The position numbers and the translations under genes were made by a program. The notes under the pieces were generated by a model. The model searched no databases, was not told where the DNA came from, and saw only the letters and a list, made by a program, of their open reading frames with translations. Shown here piece after piece: positions 1 to 8,998 of a DNA stretch of 64,000 nucleotides (positions within the stretch are counted from its first letter, which is position 1; the number at the start of each line of letters is the position of its first letter). This DNA is from an uncultured Chloroflexia bacterium (GTDB taxonomy: Bacteria; Chloroflexota; Limnocylindria; Limnocylindrales; CSP1-4). The stretch covers positions 1,398,665-1,462,664 of the forward strand of contig CAWEZH010000002.1 of the NCBI GenBank assembly GCA_963813535.1, read 5' to 3'.

Positions 1-844
1 GGACGGGCGGCAGCCCCGTCGGGGTGTCGATGTGGAACGTGACGCCCTGCCGTTCGCCGAACAGCCGCAGCCGCTCGGCCGAGTCGGCAGCCAGCCGGCT
101 CATGTCGACGCCGTCGGCCAGCTGCAGCGTGCCACCACCCTCGATCCGGCTGAGGTCGAGCAGCTCGTTCACCATCTGGACCAGGTGACCGGTCTCCACC
201 TCGATCTTGGCGATCCGGTCGCGCATCTTCGGGGGGATCGCATCGCCGACACCCTCAGCCTCGCGCTCCAACGTCTCCGCGAGGAGGCTGACCGTCGTGA
301 GGGGCGTCCGCAGCTCGTGCGAGAGGTTGTCGATGAACTCCGTCCTGATGCGCTGGAGCCGGCGCAGCTCGGATACGTCCTCGAGCACGAGCCAGGTGCC
401 ACCACCGGCACTGGCCTGCGCGCGGACGGTCAGGACCGGTCCGTCCGGTCCGGCGGAGCGGATCTCCGCGCTCGCCGAGCCCGAGCGCGACTTGGCGGCT
501 CGAGCGGCCAGGCCCTCGACCGACGGGTCCATGAACGCTTCCATCAGCGAGCGCCCCGGCAGACCGTCGGGGCGATGACCGAGCAGCTCGTGGGCGCGTG
601 CGTTGGCCTCGACGACGCGCTGCGACGCGTCGATACGCACGACCCCGATGTCCAGGGCCTGCCGAAGGGCCTCGTCATCGGCTGTGCGATCGGCCAGCTC
701 GCGGACCCGGGCATCGTCCTCGCCACGCGACCGCTCAAGGGCTGCGGTCACGCGGTCGATCTCGTATCCGCGCCGGATGAAGGCGATGGTGGCACCAAGC
801 GTGGTCAACGCCAGCAGGACAGCCACGAGGACGCTCGGTTCCAC
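1..844 (-). CDS. Sensor histidine kinase, partial (C-terminal end lies beyond the window start)
   Basis: Minus-strand translation gives a TM segment (VLVAVLLALTTLGATIAF), a PAS-like stretch, then the H-box FIDNLSHELRTPLTTV. It is missing from the ORF track because there is no stop inside the window. The GTG start at 842-844 is tentative. Confidence 0.75.
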   Translation of the reverse strand, partial: MEPSVLVAVLLALTTLGATIAFIRRGYEIDRVTAALERSRGEDDARVRELADRTADDEALRQALDIGVVRIDASQRVVEANARAHELLGHRPDGLPGRSLMEAFMDPSVEGLAARAAKSRSGSASAEIRSAGPDGPVLTVRAQASAGGGTWLVLEDVSELRRLQRIRTEFIDNLSHELRTPLTTVSLLAETLEREAEGVGDAIPPKMRDRIAKIEVETGHLVQMVNELLDLSRIEGGGTLQLADGVDMSRLAADSAERLRLFGERQGVTFHIDTPTGLPPV

Positions 845-884
845 ACCGCGAGCATCGCATACCCGAGCGTCACCGGACCGGCCG

Positions 885-1937
885 TCATCGACCTCGGATG
901 CGCCCGCCGTATGGCCCGACCCGCTCGACCAGACCGCCGAGCCACGGGGCCGCATGACGATCGAACGCCCGCAACGGGAACGCGTGTCGCAGCACGAGCA
1001 GATGCGCGATCCGTGCCGCCGCTCGGCGAGCCCCGGTGACGGTCCGGATACCGCGCGTGTCGGTGTGGGTGAGCGCGCGGTCGACGGCATCGATGGCGTC
1101 GGCTGCGGCGAGCTCGCTCGACACGCGCAGCACGTCGTCCTCCTCGGGTGACGTCGCGTCCGGCCACGGTGGATCCCCCAGCCGTTCGAGCGTGCCGGTC
1201 GCGGCGAGCTGCCGGAGCTCATCCGCCGACAGGCCGCCCAACCGGTCGAGCAACGTCCCGATCGCCGTGGTGGCCGGACCGTAGCGCGGCTGGCCGACCG
1301 CCGAATCCCAGCCGCGGGTCAGGCGCTCGCGAGCCCACGAGCTCGCCGGGTCACCAAGGATCTGTTCGAGGAGGTCGCTCAGCAGGATGTCGGCGAGCCG
1401 GCCGACCACGGCGTCGCGGATCTGCGCCGAGCGACGCGCGGCGGGCGGGAGACGCGCCATCGCCGAATGCTCGGCATCGTCGAGGGTCCCCTCGAGTTCG
1501 GGCGGGACGAACTGCCGCAACGTGGCGAGGAAGGCGATGGGTGCGGGTTCGGCCAGTGCCAGCCGGTCGAGCTCGTCGACGGTCAGCCGGCCGACGCGGT
1601 CGACGATCGAGGCGACGAGCTCGGCCGTGGTCGGCGGCCGACGGACGGTCCGGCGGACCGGGGCAGCCCAGTCGGTGCCGGCACGCGGCGGACGTCCGGC
1701 ACGGACACCGATCGATCGCTCGCGGTCGTACCGACGGCGAAGGTCGGGATCGCTGAGCCAGTCGTGGGCGACGTTGATCCGCTTGGCGAGCTCGAGGCCG
1801 TTCGCTCCGGCCACGTCGGGATGGTGCTGGCGCAGCAGCGCCCGCCAGGCAAGCTCGATGGCCTCCGGGCTCGCGTCGCGGGGCACGCCGAGCCGGGCGT
1901 ACAGGTCGTCGTTCGGCAGCGATTGGCGAACCGGCAT
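885..1937 (-). CDS. J-domain (DnaJ-like) protein without zinc-finger or C-terminal DnaJ domains
   Basis: The internal ATG of ORF 885..2483 gives MPVRQSLPNDDLYARLGVPRDASPEAIELAWRALLRQHHPDV with an HPD motif. The upstream part of the ORF is antisense to gene 2028..2531. Confidence 0.7.
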   Translation of the reverse strand: MPVRQSLPNDDLYARLGVPRDASPEAIELAWRALLRQHHPDVAGANGLELAKRINVAHDWLSDPDLRRRYDRERSIGVRAGRPPRAGTDWAAPVRRTVRRPPTTAELVASIVDRVGRLTVDELDRLALAEPAPIAFLATLRQFVPPELEGTLDDAEHSAMARLPPAARRSAQIRDAVVGRLADILLSDLLEQILGDPASSWARERLTRGWDSAVGQPRYGPATTAIGTLLDRLGGLSADELRQLAATGTLERLGDPPWPDATSPEEDDVLRVSSELAAADAIDAVDRALTHTDTRGIRTVTGARRAAARIAHLLVLRHAFPLRAFDRHAAPWLGGLVERVGPYGGRIRGR

Positions 1938-2027
1938 AGGTGGTCGAAGGGTACTGGCGCAGCCGGTCCTGGTCGTTATCCTGCTGCAGTCCGGCGGGAT
2001 GTCGCCGGGGCCGAGAGGGATTGGTCG

Positions 2028-2531
2028 ATGAGTTTCATCAAGCGGGCCCAGGAGGCCGCGGCACAGGCGGCGGCGATGGCGAATCGCACGGCGAGCGACC
2101 CAGCCACACAGGAGGCCGTCAACCGCAGTGCTCGCGAGGCAGTCGGTATGGCCCGCCGCGGCGTCACGACCGTGATCGAGAAGATCGACCCAGGCACGCT
2201 CGCAGAACTGATCGTGCGCGCGACGGCGCTCCAGGAGATGACGAATGCGTCGCTGCGCCAGAAGGGTTCGCCCTATCGGATCGCGGAGATCTCGATCTCC
2301 GCGTCGATCCCGCCGGCCGTCAGCTTCGCGATCAGCAGGCTGGGCGATGAGACCGAAGAGGTCGTCGGCGAGGTGGTCTCGTCGGCCGAGCTGGTCGAGC
2401 AGGCCGAGGACGCCGGTGAGCTCGTCATCGCCCTTGACGGGACGACGGTCGACGACTCGGCGATCGCGCCGACGGTCGATCATGACGGCGACGGCGTGGC
2501 GATGCCGCCGAGCTCGATCTCGAGCGGCTAG
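2028..2531 (+). CDS. Hypothetical protein (acidic C-terminus)
   Basis: This is the protein-like tail of ORF 1467..2531, starting MSFIKRAQEAAAQ. It is convergent with proS with a 1-nt gap. Confidence 0.55.
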   Translation: MSFIKRAQEAAAQAAAMANRTASDPATQEAVNRSAREAVGMARRGVTTVIEKIDPGTLAELIVRATALQEMTNASLRQKGSPYRIAEISISASIPPAVSFAISRLGDETEEVVGEVVSSAELVEQAEDAGELVIALDGTTVDDSAIAPTVDHDGDGVAMPPSSISSG

Positions 2532-2532
2532 A

Positions 2533-4263
2533 TCAGCCGGTCGTCGCGGAAACTGACGGGAATCCGTTCACGAGGAAGCCCTCGACCTCATCGATCGGGC
2601 GCGTCGATCGTTCGCCGGTCGCGCGCTCCGTGACCTCGATGCCGCCAGCTGCCAGTGACCTTGGCGACACCGTGAGGATCCACGGCATGCCCAGCAGCTC
2701 GGCGTCGTTGAACTTGACCCCGGGCGATTCGTCGCGGTCGTCCCATAGGATCTCGCGCCGCGGCCCTGCTTCGGCTGCCAGGGCGTGAAGTCGCTCGGCG
2801 ATCACGAGCACCTGCGGCTCCTTGGCTCCGCCGATCGACACGAGGTGCGCGGCATACGGCGCGACCTCGGCCGGCCAGACGATGCCCTTGTCGTCGTGGT
2901 GCTCCTCGACGATGCAGGCGACGCTCCGCCCGACACCGATCCCGTACGAGCCCATCACGATCGGGTGCTCCTTGCCGTCCTCGCCGAGATACGTGGCACC
3001 GAACGCGTCGCTGTACTTCGTCCCGAGCTTGAAGATGTTGCCGACCTCGATCCCGTTCCGGAGGACGAGCGGCTGGCCGCACGTCGGACACGGGTCGCCC
3101 GCCTGCGCGTTGGTGATGTCGGCGGTGACGTCGGGTGTGAAGTCCCGGCCCACGTTGACGTTGCGGTAGTGGAACCCCTCGCGGTTGGCCCCTGCGACGA
3201 GATTTGGCGACCGAGCGACGAGATCGTCGACGACCACCACGGTCCCCCGCGCGCCGATCGGTGAGCCGTACCCGGGCTCCATGCCGGCCGCCCGGATCTC
3301 CTCGACCGTAGCGGGCCGGATCCCGCCGGTCGCACTCACTGCGTTCACGAGCTTGGTCTCATTGACGTCGTGATCGCCGCGGACGATGGCCGTGACGACC
3401 CGGCCGTCGCCCGTCACGAAGAACGCCGCCTTGGCGGCCCGGTCCTCGCCGACCCCGAGAAACGCGGCAAGCTTCGCGATCGTCGTCGTGCCGGGGGTCG
3501 CGACCTCCTCGAGGGGAGCAGGTTCCTCGGCGGGCGGCTCCGGTTTGGCCACGACCGCGACCTGGCGGTTCGCGGCGAAATCGCAGTTCTCGCACAGGAC
3601 GAGGACGTCCTCACCGGCTGGGTTGAGGACCATGAACTCGTGCGCTTGGCTGCCACCCATCATCCCGACATCGGAGCTGACAGCGATCGTGTCGAGACCC
3701 ATACGCTCGAAGGTCCGGACGTAGGCGCCGTGCTGGTCCCAATAGCTCGTGTCGAGCCCGGCGTCGTCGCGGTCGACGCTGTAGGCGTCCTTCATCACGA
3801 ACTCGCGCACCCTGATGAGCCCGCCCCTGGCTCGCGGCTCGTCGCGCCACTTGGTCTGGAAGTGGTAGACCTGCATCGGGAGCTGGCGGTACGACTTCAC
3901 GATATCGGCGAGCAGCAGCCCGACGACCTCCTCGTGGGTCATCGCCAGCACCATGTCCCGTCCGTTGCGGTCCTTGAACCGGCCAAGTTCGGGTCCGATC
4001 GCGTCGTAGCGACCGCTCGCGCGCCAGATGTCGGCCGGATGCACGACCGGCATCTCCATCTCCTGGGCGCCGATGCGGTCCTGTTCCTCGCGGATGATCT
4101 GCTCGACACGGGCATCGACCCGCTTGCCGAGCGGCAATAGCGAGTAGATCCCCGAACCGAGCTGGCGGACATAGCCGGCCCGCTGCAGGAGCCGGTGTGA
4201 TGGCATCTCGGCGTCGGCCGGGTCGTCCCGGAGGGTCGTGAAGAACAGGTGGGACAGTCGCAT
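2533..4263 (-). CDS. proS: Proline--tRNA ligase (bacterial type, 576 aa)
   Basis: The internal ATG of ORF 2533..5364 gives MRLSHLFFTTLRDDPADAEMPSHRLLQRAGYVRQLGSGIYSLLPLG, and class II aaRS motifs run throughout. The upstream 367 aa of the ORF overlap the pit gene on the other strand. Confidence 0.95.
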   Translation of the reverse strand: MRLSHLFFTTLRDDPADAEMPSHRLLQRAGYVRQLGSGIYSLLPLGKRVDARVEQIIREEQDRIGAQEMEMPVVHPADIWRASGRYDAIGPELGRFKDRNGRDMVLAMTHEEVVGLLLADIVKSYRQLPMQVYHFQTKWRDEPRARGGLIRVREFVMKDAYSVDRDDAGLDTSYWDQHGAYVRTFERMGLDTIAVSSDVGMMGGSQAHEFMVLNPAGEDVLVLCENCDFAANRQVAVVAKPEPPAEEPAPLEEVATPGTTTIAKLAAFLGVGEDRAAKAAFFVTGDGRVVTAIVRGDHDVNETKLVNAVSATGGIRPATVEEIRAAGMEPGYGSPIGARGTVVVVDDLVARSPNLVAGANREGFHYRNVNVGRDFTPDVTADITNAQAGDPCPTCGQPLVLRNGIEVGNIFKLGTKYSDAFGATYLGEDGKEHPIVMGSYGIGVGRSVACIVEEHHDDKGIVWPAEVAPYAAHLVSIGGAKEPQVLVIAERLHALAAEAGPRREILWDDRDESPGVKFNDAELLGMPWILTVSPRSLAAGGIEVTERATGERSTRPIDEVEGFLVNGFPSVSATTG

Positions 4264-4377
4264 GGAGCGGTAAGGATAGCGGCGAGGGCACGCCGCGACT
4301 GCGCACGCCGGTTGCCGCCGGCGGCGTTCACCCACCGTTAACATCTTGCCGACTTCCCGCTGCGAGGTACCGATCGC

Positions 4378-5382
4378 TTGATCGATGGCGCGCTGTTCTC
4401 CCTGTTCGTCGTCATCGTGCTGGCGGTCGTCTTCGACTACATCAACGGCTTCCACGACACGGCCAACGCGATCGCGACATCCGTTGCGACGCGTGCGCTC
4501 AGCCCGCGCACCGCCGTGCTCATGGCCGCCGCCTTCAACTTCATCGGAGCGTTCGCAGGCACGGCGGTGGCCAAGACGATCGGTGCCGGCCTGGTCAACG
4601 AGGAGACGACGACCCAGATCATCGTGATGGCCGCGCTCATCGGAGCGATCGCCTGGGACCTCATCACATGGTGGTACGCCGTCCCGAGTTCGAGCTCGCA
4701 GGCGCTCGTCGGTGGCCTGCTTGGTGCGACGATCATCGCGGCGGGCGTCGGGGCGTTGAACCTCGACGGGATCGTCAGCAAGGTGCTCATCCCGAGCCTG
4801 ACGTCGCCGCTCATCGGTTTCGTCGGCGCCTTCCTGCTGATGCTGTCGCTGTACTGGATCTTTCGGAACGCCAAGCGCAAGCCGATGGCCCGGGTCTTCC
4901 GGCGCCTGCAGGTGATCTCGGCCGGATACATGGCGTTCGCGCACGGCTCGAACGACGCCCAGAAGACCATGGGCATCATCACGCTGGCGCTTTTCTCCGC
5001 CGGTGTCATCCCGACCATCGAAGTCCCGACGTGGGTCATCATCGTCTCGGCCACCGCGCTGTCGCTTGGGACGGCCGTCGGCGGCTGGCGGATCATGCAC
5101 ACGATGGGGCACCGCGTGGTCGAGCTCGAGCCCGTTCATGGGTTCGCGGCCGAGACGACCGCCGCCACCGTCCTCATCGGGACGGCTCAGCTGGGCATGC
5201 CCGTTTCGACGACGCACGTGATCTCCAGCGCGATCATGGGCGTCGGCTCGGCACGCGGACCCAAGGGCGTGCGCTGGGGCGTCGCGCGACGCATCCTGCT
5301 CGCCTGGGTCATCACCATCCCGGCCGCCGCGATCATGGCTGCAGCGGCATGGTTCATCCTGCACACCATCGGCTTCGGCTGA
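4378..5382 (+). CDS. Inorganic phosphate transporter, PiT family
   Basis: Contains the PiT signature FDYINGFHDTANAIATSV and a second repeat GSNDAQKTMGII, with multiple TM segments. Start codon is TTG. Confidence 0.9.
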   Translation: MIDGALFSLFVVIVLAVVFDYINGFHDTANAIATSVATRALSPRTAVLMAAAFNFIGAFAGTAVAKTIGAGLVNEETTTQIIVMAALIGAIAWDLITWWYAVPSSSSQALVGGLLGATIIAAGVGALNLDGIVSKVLIPSLTSPLIGFVGAFLLMLSLYWIFRNAKRKPMARVFRRLQVISAGYMAFAHGSNDAQKTMGIITLALFSAGVIPTIEVPTWVIIVSATALSLGTAVGGWRIMHTMGHRVVELEPVHGFAAETTAATVLIGTAQLGMPVSTTHVISSAIMGVGSARGPKGVRWGVARRILLAWVITIPAAAIMAAAAWFILHTIGFG

Positions 5383-5399
5383 GGAAAGGGAATGCCTCG

Positions 5400-6017
5400 A
5401 TGACGTTCCGGCTGCTCCCCAAGGACGTCAAGTTCTTCGACCTGTTCGTCGCCGACGGCGAGAACCTCCAGGCGGCGGCGGCGAGGCTGCGCGACATGGT
5501 CGACGAATTCGACAACCTGGAGGCCCGGGTCGCCGAGATCCAGCTCCTCGAGAAGCGCGGCGACGACATCGACCGCGAGATCAACCAGCGACTCGAGGAC
5601 GCCTTCGTCACGCCATTCGATCGCGAGGACATCCACGATCTGACCGTGCGGCTCGACGACGTCGTCGACGGTATCCAGGCGACTGCTGAGACCTTCGTGA
5701 TCTACGGCATCGACCGCCCCACTGAGGAGGCGCGACAGCTCGCCCACATCCTGGCCGAGCAATCAGATTCGCTTCTGTCGGCACTCCGCAAGCTCGACGG
5801 CTTGAAGGATCTCGACGCGGACCTCAGGAAGGTGCATGACCTCGAGCACCAGGCCGACACGCTCTCGCGGGCAGCGGTCGCCCGATTGTTCCGAGATGGT
5901 TCCGATCCGCTCGAGGTCATCAAGTGGCGCGACCTCTATCGCGAGCTCGAGAATGCGATCGACGCGGCCGAGGACGCCGCGGAGGCGATCGAGCGGATGT
6001 TCCACAAGGCGACCTGA
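5400..6017 (+). CDS. DUF47 / PhoU-like phosphate transport regulator (PiT accessory protein)
   Basis: Starts MTFRLLPKDVKFFDLF and has HDLEHQADTL and IKWRDLYRELENAIDAAEDAA. It begins 18 nt after the PiT gene. Confidence 0.85.
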   Translation: MTFRLLPKDVKFFDLFVADGENLQAAAARLRDMVDEFDNLEARVAEIQLLEKRGDDIDREINQRLEDAFVTPFDREDIHDLTVRLDDVVDGIQATAETFVIYGIDRPTEEARQLAHILAEQSDSLLSALRKLDGLKDLDADLRKVHDLEHQADTLSRAAVARLFRDGSDPLEVIKWRDLYRELENAIDAAEDAAEAIERMFHKAT

Positions 6018-6031
6018 CCGGCCGCCTGGGG

Positions 6032-6490
6032 TCAGCTGAGGAGCGTCTGCCAGGACGGCCCGGTGGCGCCGTCGCGGAGCTCCAACCAGCGGAGCGCATA
6101 CGCGAGGCGGATGGGGGCTGGGTCGGCGTGATCGCCCCGCGGCGGTGCCAGGTGGAAGGCCTCGCGACCGTATGACGCGGCAAGCGTCCGGCGCGTGCGC
6201 ACCGGCGCCAGATGGCGGCGGATCTGTTCGACCTCCTCCGCGAACCCTGGCCGGGCCCAGTGCGTCGGGCGCCGCGACGGATCGCGCAGGAGCCGGGCGA
6301 GGCGGAGGGCATCCAGCGCCAGCGCCCTGGCGGGCGCCGGCACCGGTGCCGGGAGGGTCGGAGTCCACGGGGAGAGGAGGAGCCCGGGACTCTCGGATAT
6401 GCCGTCGTCGGCGCCGCCGAGACGCGGAACCTCGACGTGGCGCGACGTCATCGGGTCGGTGGTCGCGGGCTGGCGATGTCGGATCGGCAT
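6032..6490 (-). CDS. Hypothetical protein
   Basis: An ORF with strong third-position GC bias in this frame and no recognisable family. An alternative start is at MTSRHVEV (6451). Confidence 0.4.
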   Translation of the reverse strand: MPIRHRQPATTDPMTSRHVEVPRLGGADDGISESPGLLLSPWTPTLPAPVPAPARALALDALRLARLLRDPSRRPTHWARPGFAEEVEQIRRHLAPVRTRRTLAASYGREAFHLAPPRGDHADPAPIRLAYALRWLELRDGATGPSWQTLLS

Positions 6491-6562
6491 GGCTGCAGAT
6501 TCGAGCAGCGGTGTGAACGTGTCATCAGCGCGACGTCAACATCGGCCCCGATCGGAACGGCC

Positions 6563-7258
6563 TCAAGTCGGCCGCCGGAAGACATAGCCGACGCCACGGA
6601 CCGTATGGATGAACGCCGGCTGGCCCGGATCCTCCTCGATCTGGCTGCGCAGCCAATGTACGTGGACATCGACCGTGCGCGTCTCGCCGGCATAGTCGTA
6701 CCCCCACACCTTCTCGAGCAGCTGATCGCGCGTGAAGACCTGGCCCGGGTTCCGGATCAGGAACGCGAGCAGCTCGAAGGCCTTCGGCTTGATCGGCAGG
6801 ACCTCGCCGTCACGGAGCAGGCGATGGCCGCCGAGATCGGCCTGGACGCGGCCGAGGTCGATGATGGTCGGGGCGGTGCCGGTGGCGACTCCCGCCTCTG
6901 CGCGGCGGAACAAGGCCCGGATGCGGGCAGTCAGCTCGCGGAGCGAGAACGGCTTGGTGACGTAGTCGTCCGCCCCGAGCTCCAGGCCGACGACCTTGTC
7001 GAGCTCGGAGTCCTTGGCCGTGAGCATCACGATCGGCACGCCGGATTCGGCACGGATGATGCGGGTGACCTCGATGCCCGACAGTTCCGGGAGCATCAGG
7101 TCGAGGAGCACGAGGTCCGGGCGCTCCCCCCGAAAACGGGTCAGGGCCTCGCGCCCATCGGCCGCGGCGATGACCCTGAATCCCTCCGATTCGAGCGCGT
7201 CGACGATGGTCTCGCGCAGCGTCGGTTCGTCTTCGACGACCAGGATCGTTCGTGCCAT
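6563..7258 (-). CDS. OmpR/PhoB-family response regulator
   Basis: Starts MARTILVVEDEPTLRETI, has LVLLDLMLP and a winged-helix C-terminus ending HTVRGVGYVFR. The start was taken at the internal ATG of ORF 6563..7312. Confidence 0.9.
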   Translation of the reverse strand: MARTILVVEDEPTLRETIVDALESEGFRVIAAADGREALTRFRGERPDLVLLDLMLPELSGIEVTRIIRAESGVPIVMLTAKDSELDKVVGLELGADDYVTKPFSLRELTARIRALFRRAEAGVATGTAPTIIDLGRVQADLGGHRLLRDGEVLPIKPKAFELLAFLIRNPGQVFTRDQLLEKVWGYDYAGETRTVDVHVHWLRSQIEEDPGQPAFIHTVRGVGYVFRRPT

Positions 7259-7379
7259 CCAGCGCCGAGCATAGCGAAGCGTGTTAACGACTCGTTCACG
7301 GGACGTCAGCATCGCAACATCGGCGATCTGGGTCGCCCATTCGCGAGATCGGCCGGAGAGCTGGGCCGCGGCCTAGGAT

Positions 7380-8591
7380 GTGATCCATGGGTACTCGTTC
7401 GCAGTGACGAACACCCCTGATCGAGCGGCCACACCCTTCTCCGGGCTGCGCCGCCATGCGCGGGCGCTCGCCATCGGGTTCGGTCTGGTCGTGGCGATCC
7501 TCCTTCTCGTCCCGGACGTGACGCCCCGGCCACCCAGCGTCGAGTCCGTGAAGCTCGTCCACGGTCGCATCCTCAGGATCGACCCGGGCAGCACGCCGTC
7601 ACAGCCCAACGCCCGGGTCGAGGTCGTCGACGGCCTGCCTGGGGGGCCAGCCGCCGGCGACATCGTCGAGGGCTTCGTGCAGGGAACGACCGAATCGGCG
7701 CCCGACTACCGGGTGGGCGACGAGGTGATCGTCGAGATCCTGGATGACCCGGAGGTCGGTTTCGTCGCGATCGCGGACCGCTATCGAGCCCCGACATTGG
7801 CGCTCTTGCTCGGGCTGTTCGCGGCGGCGGTGGTGATCGTCGGAGGGTGGCGTGGCGTCCGCTCGCTCATCGCCCTGGCGCTGACGCTGGCCGTCGTGTT
7901 CCGGATCGTCGTGCCGCTCATCCTCGCTGGCTGGGATCCCGCCTGGATCGCGATCCTCGCGGCGACCGGAGTCACCATCGTGACCTTCCTGCTCACCGAA
8001 GGGCTGCGCCGCTCCACGATCGCCGCCGCGGCGGGCACGGGTGTCGCGCTCGTGCTCGTTGCCGTCCTGGCGTCAGCGTTCGATGCGATCCTCCGCTTCA
8101 CGCCCCTTCGCGGCTCGGAGGACAACGCGTACCTCATCTCGCTCGGTGGCACGAGCATCGATCTCGGCGGCGTCGTGCTTGCCGCGATCATCTTCGGAGC
8201 ACTCGGCGTGCTGGACGACGTGACCGTCACCCAGGCGGCGACGGTCCAGGAGCTGCACGCGGCGGATCCCGTCGCTCGCCGGGCGACCCTGGCCGGCCGA
8301 GCGATGAATGTCGGCCGCTCGCACATCGCCGCGACCGTGAACACATTGGTCCTGGCCTATGTCGGCGCGTCTCTGCCCTTGATCATCCTGTTCGTGGCCG
8401 GCGGGCAGGATCCATCGCTGATCGCGTCAGAAGAGGTCGTCGCGGTCGAGGTCGTCCGAGCCCTGACCGGGAGCATCGGGATCGTGGCTGCGGTGCCGAT
8501 CACCACGGCGATCGCCGTGGGACTGGTCGGGCGCCGGTCGCCGTTCCTTCCCAACGAGCGACAGACGCAGCGCGCGCCGGGTTGGGACTAG
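7380..8591 (+). CDS. YibE/F-family integral membrane protein
   Basis: A polytopic membrane protein with the YibE/F-like block GALGVLDDVTVTQAATVQEL...MNVGRSHIAATVNTLVLAYVGASLPL. Confidence 0.7.
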   Translation: MIHGYSFAVTNTPDRAATPFSGLRRHARALAIGFGLVVAILLLVPDVTPRPPSVESVKLVHGRILRIDPGSTPSQPNARVEVVDGLPGGPAAGDIVEGFVQGTTESAPDYRVGDEVIVEILDDPEVGFVAIADRYRAPTLALLLGLFAAAVVIVGGWRGVRSLIALALTLAVVFRIVVPLILAGWDPAWIAILAATGVTIVTFLLTEGLRRSTIAAAAGTGVALVLVAVLASAFDAILRFTPLRGSEDNAYLISLGGTSIDLGGVVLAAIIFGALGVLDDVTVTQAATVQELHAADPVARRATLAGRAMNVGRSHIAATVNTLVLAYVGASLPLIILFVAGGQDPSLIASEEVVAVEVVRALTGSIGIVAAVPITTAIAVGLVGRRSPFLPNERQTQRAPGWD

Positions 8592-8998
8592 TCCTGGCGG
8601 CGGTCGTCGGGCCGCTCCACGAAGGACTCGGTGAACGCGCGGCATCGACCGTCGTCGCCGAACTCGAGCAGATAGACGTTGTCCCAGACGTTCGTGACCG
8701 TCGATCTCGTCGCGTCCGTGTAGTACCGACTCCAGCCCACGGCCACCGCCCGATCGCCGTCGACTGCGAACGGCTCGTAGTGCGCCTCCCAGGTACCGGG
8801 CTCGTCGCGAGTGCTTGCGTCGCCCGACGGTTCCAGCCAGGCCCGGACGATGGCCTCGCGCCCGACGAAGCCCTCGTCCGAAGGGTGGTAGCGATAGCGG
8901 GCGGCCTCCGAGAAGAGGTCGCCGATGGCCGCAGCGTCGTCTGCCGCCCAGGCGGCGATGTACCTGTCGAGCCAGGCCTGGACATCGTCACGGGTCAT
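8588..8998 (-). CDS. SnoaL-like / NTF2-fold protein
   Basis: Starts MTRDDVQAWLDRYIAAWAADDAAAIGDLFSEAARYRYHP. It is a paralog of 21761..22165. Its start overlaps the gltX stop by 4 nt. Confidence 0.7.
   Translation of the reverse strand: MTRDDVQAWLDRYIAAWAADDAAAIGDLFSEAARYRYHPSDEGFVGREAIVRAWLEPSGDASTRDEPGTWEAHYEPFAVDGDRAVAVGWSRYYTDATRSTVTNVWDNVYLLEFGDDGRCRAFTESFVERPDDRRQD

Noticed and set aside
2533-5364. A 943-aa ORF suggesting a large N-terminal extension of ProRS. Similar extensions occur at 885..2483, 23103..24800, 22162..23583, 46100..47374 and 56897..58510.
   Set aside because: The extensions overlap well-supported genes on the opposite strand and are Arg/Asp-rich nonsense. Conserved protein N-termini begin at internal start codons.
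7259-7379. The leader upstream of the YibE/F gene, and other intergenic leaders (4264-4377, 51228-51466, 43574-43761), considered as possible riboswitches.
   Set aside because: I could not match them to any riboswitch consensus I know. Only the 53060-53180 leader shows a convincing conserved core.
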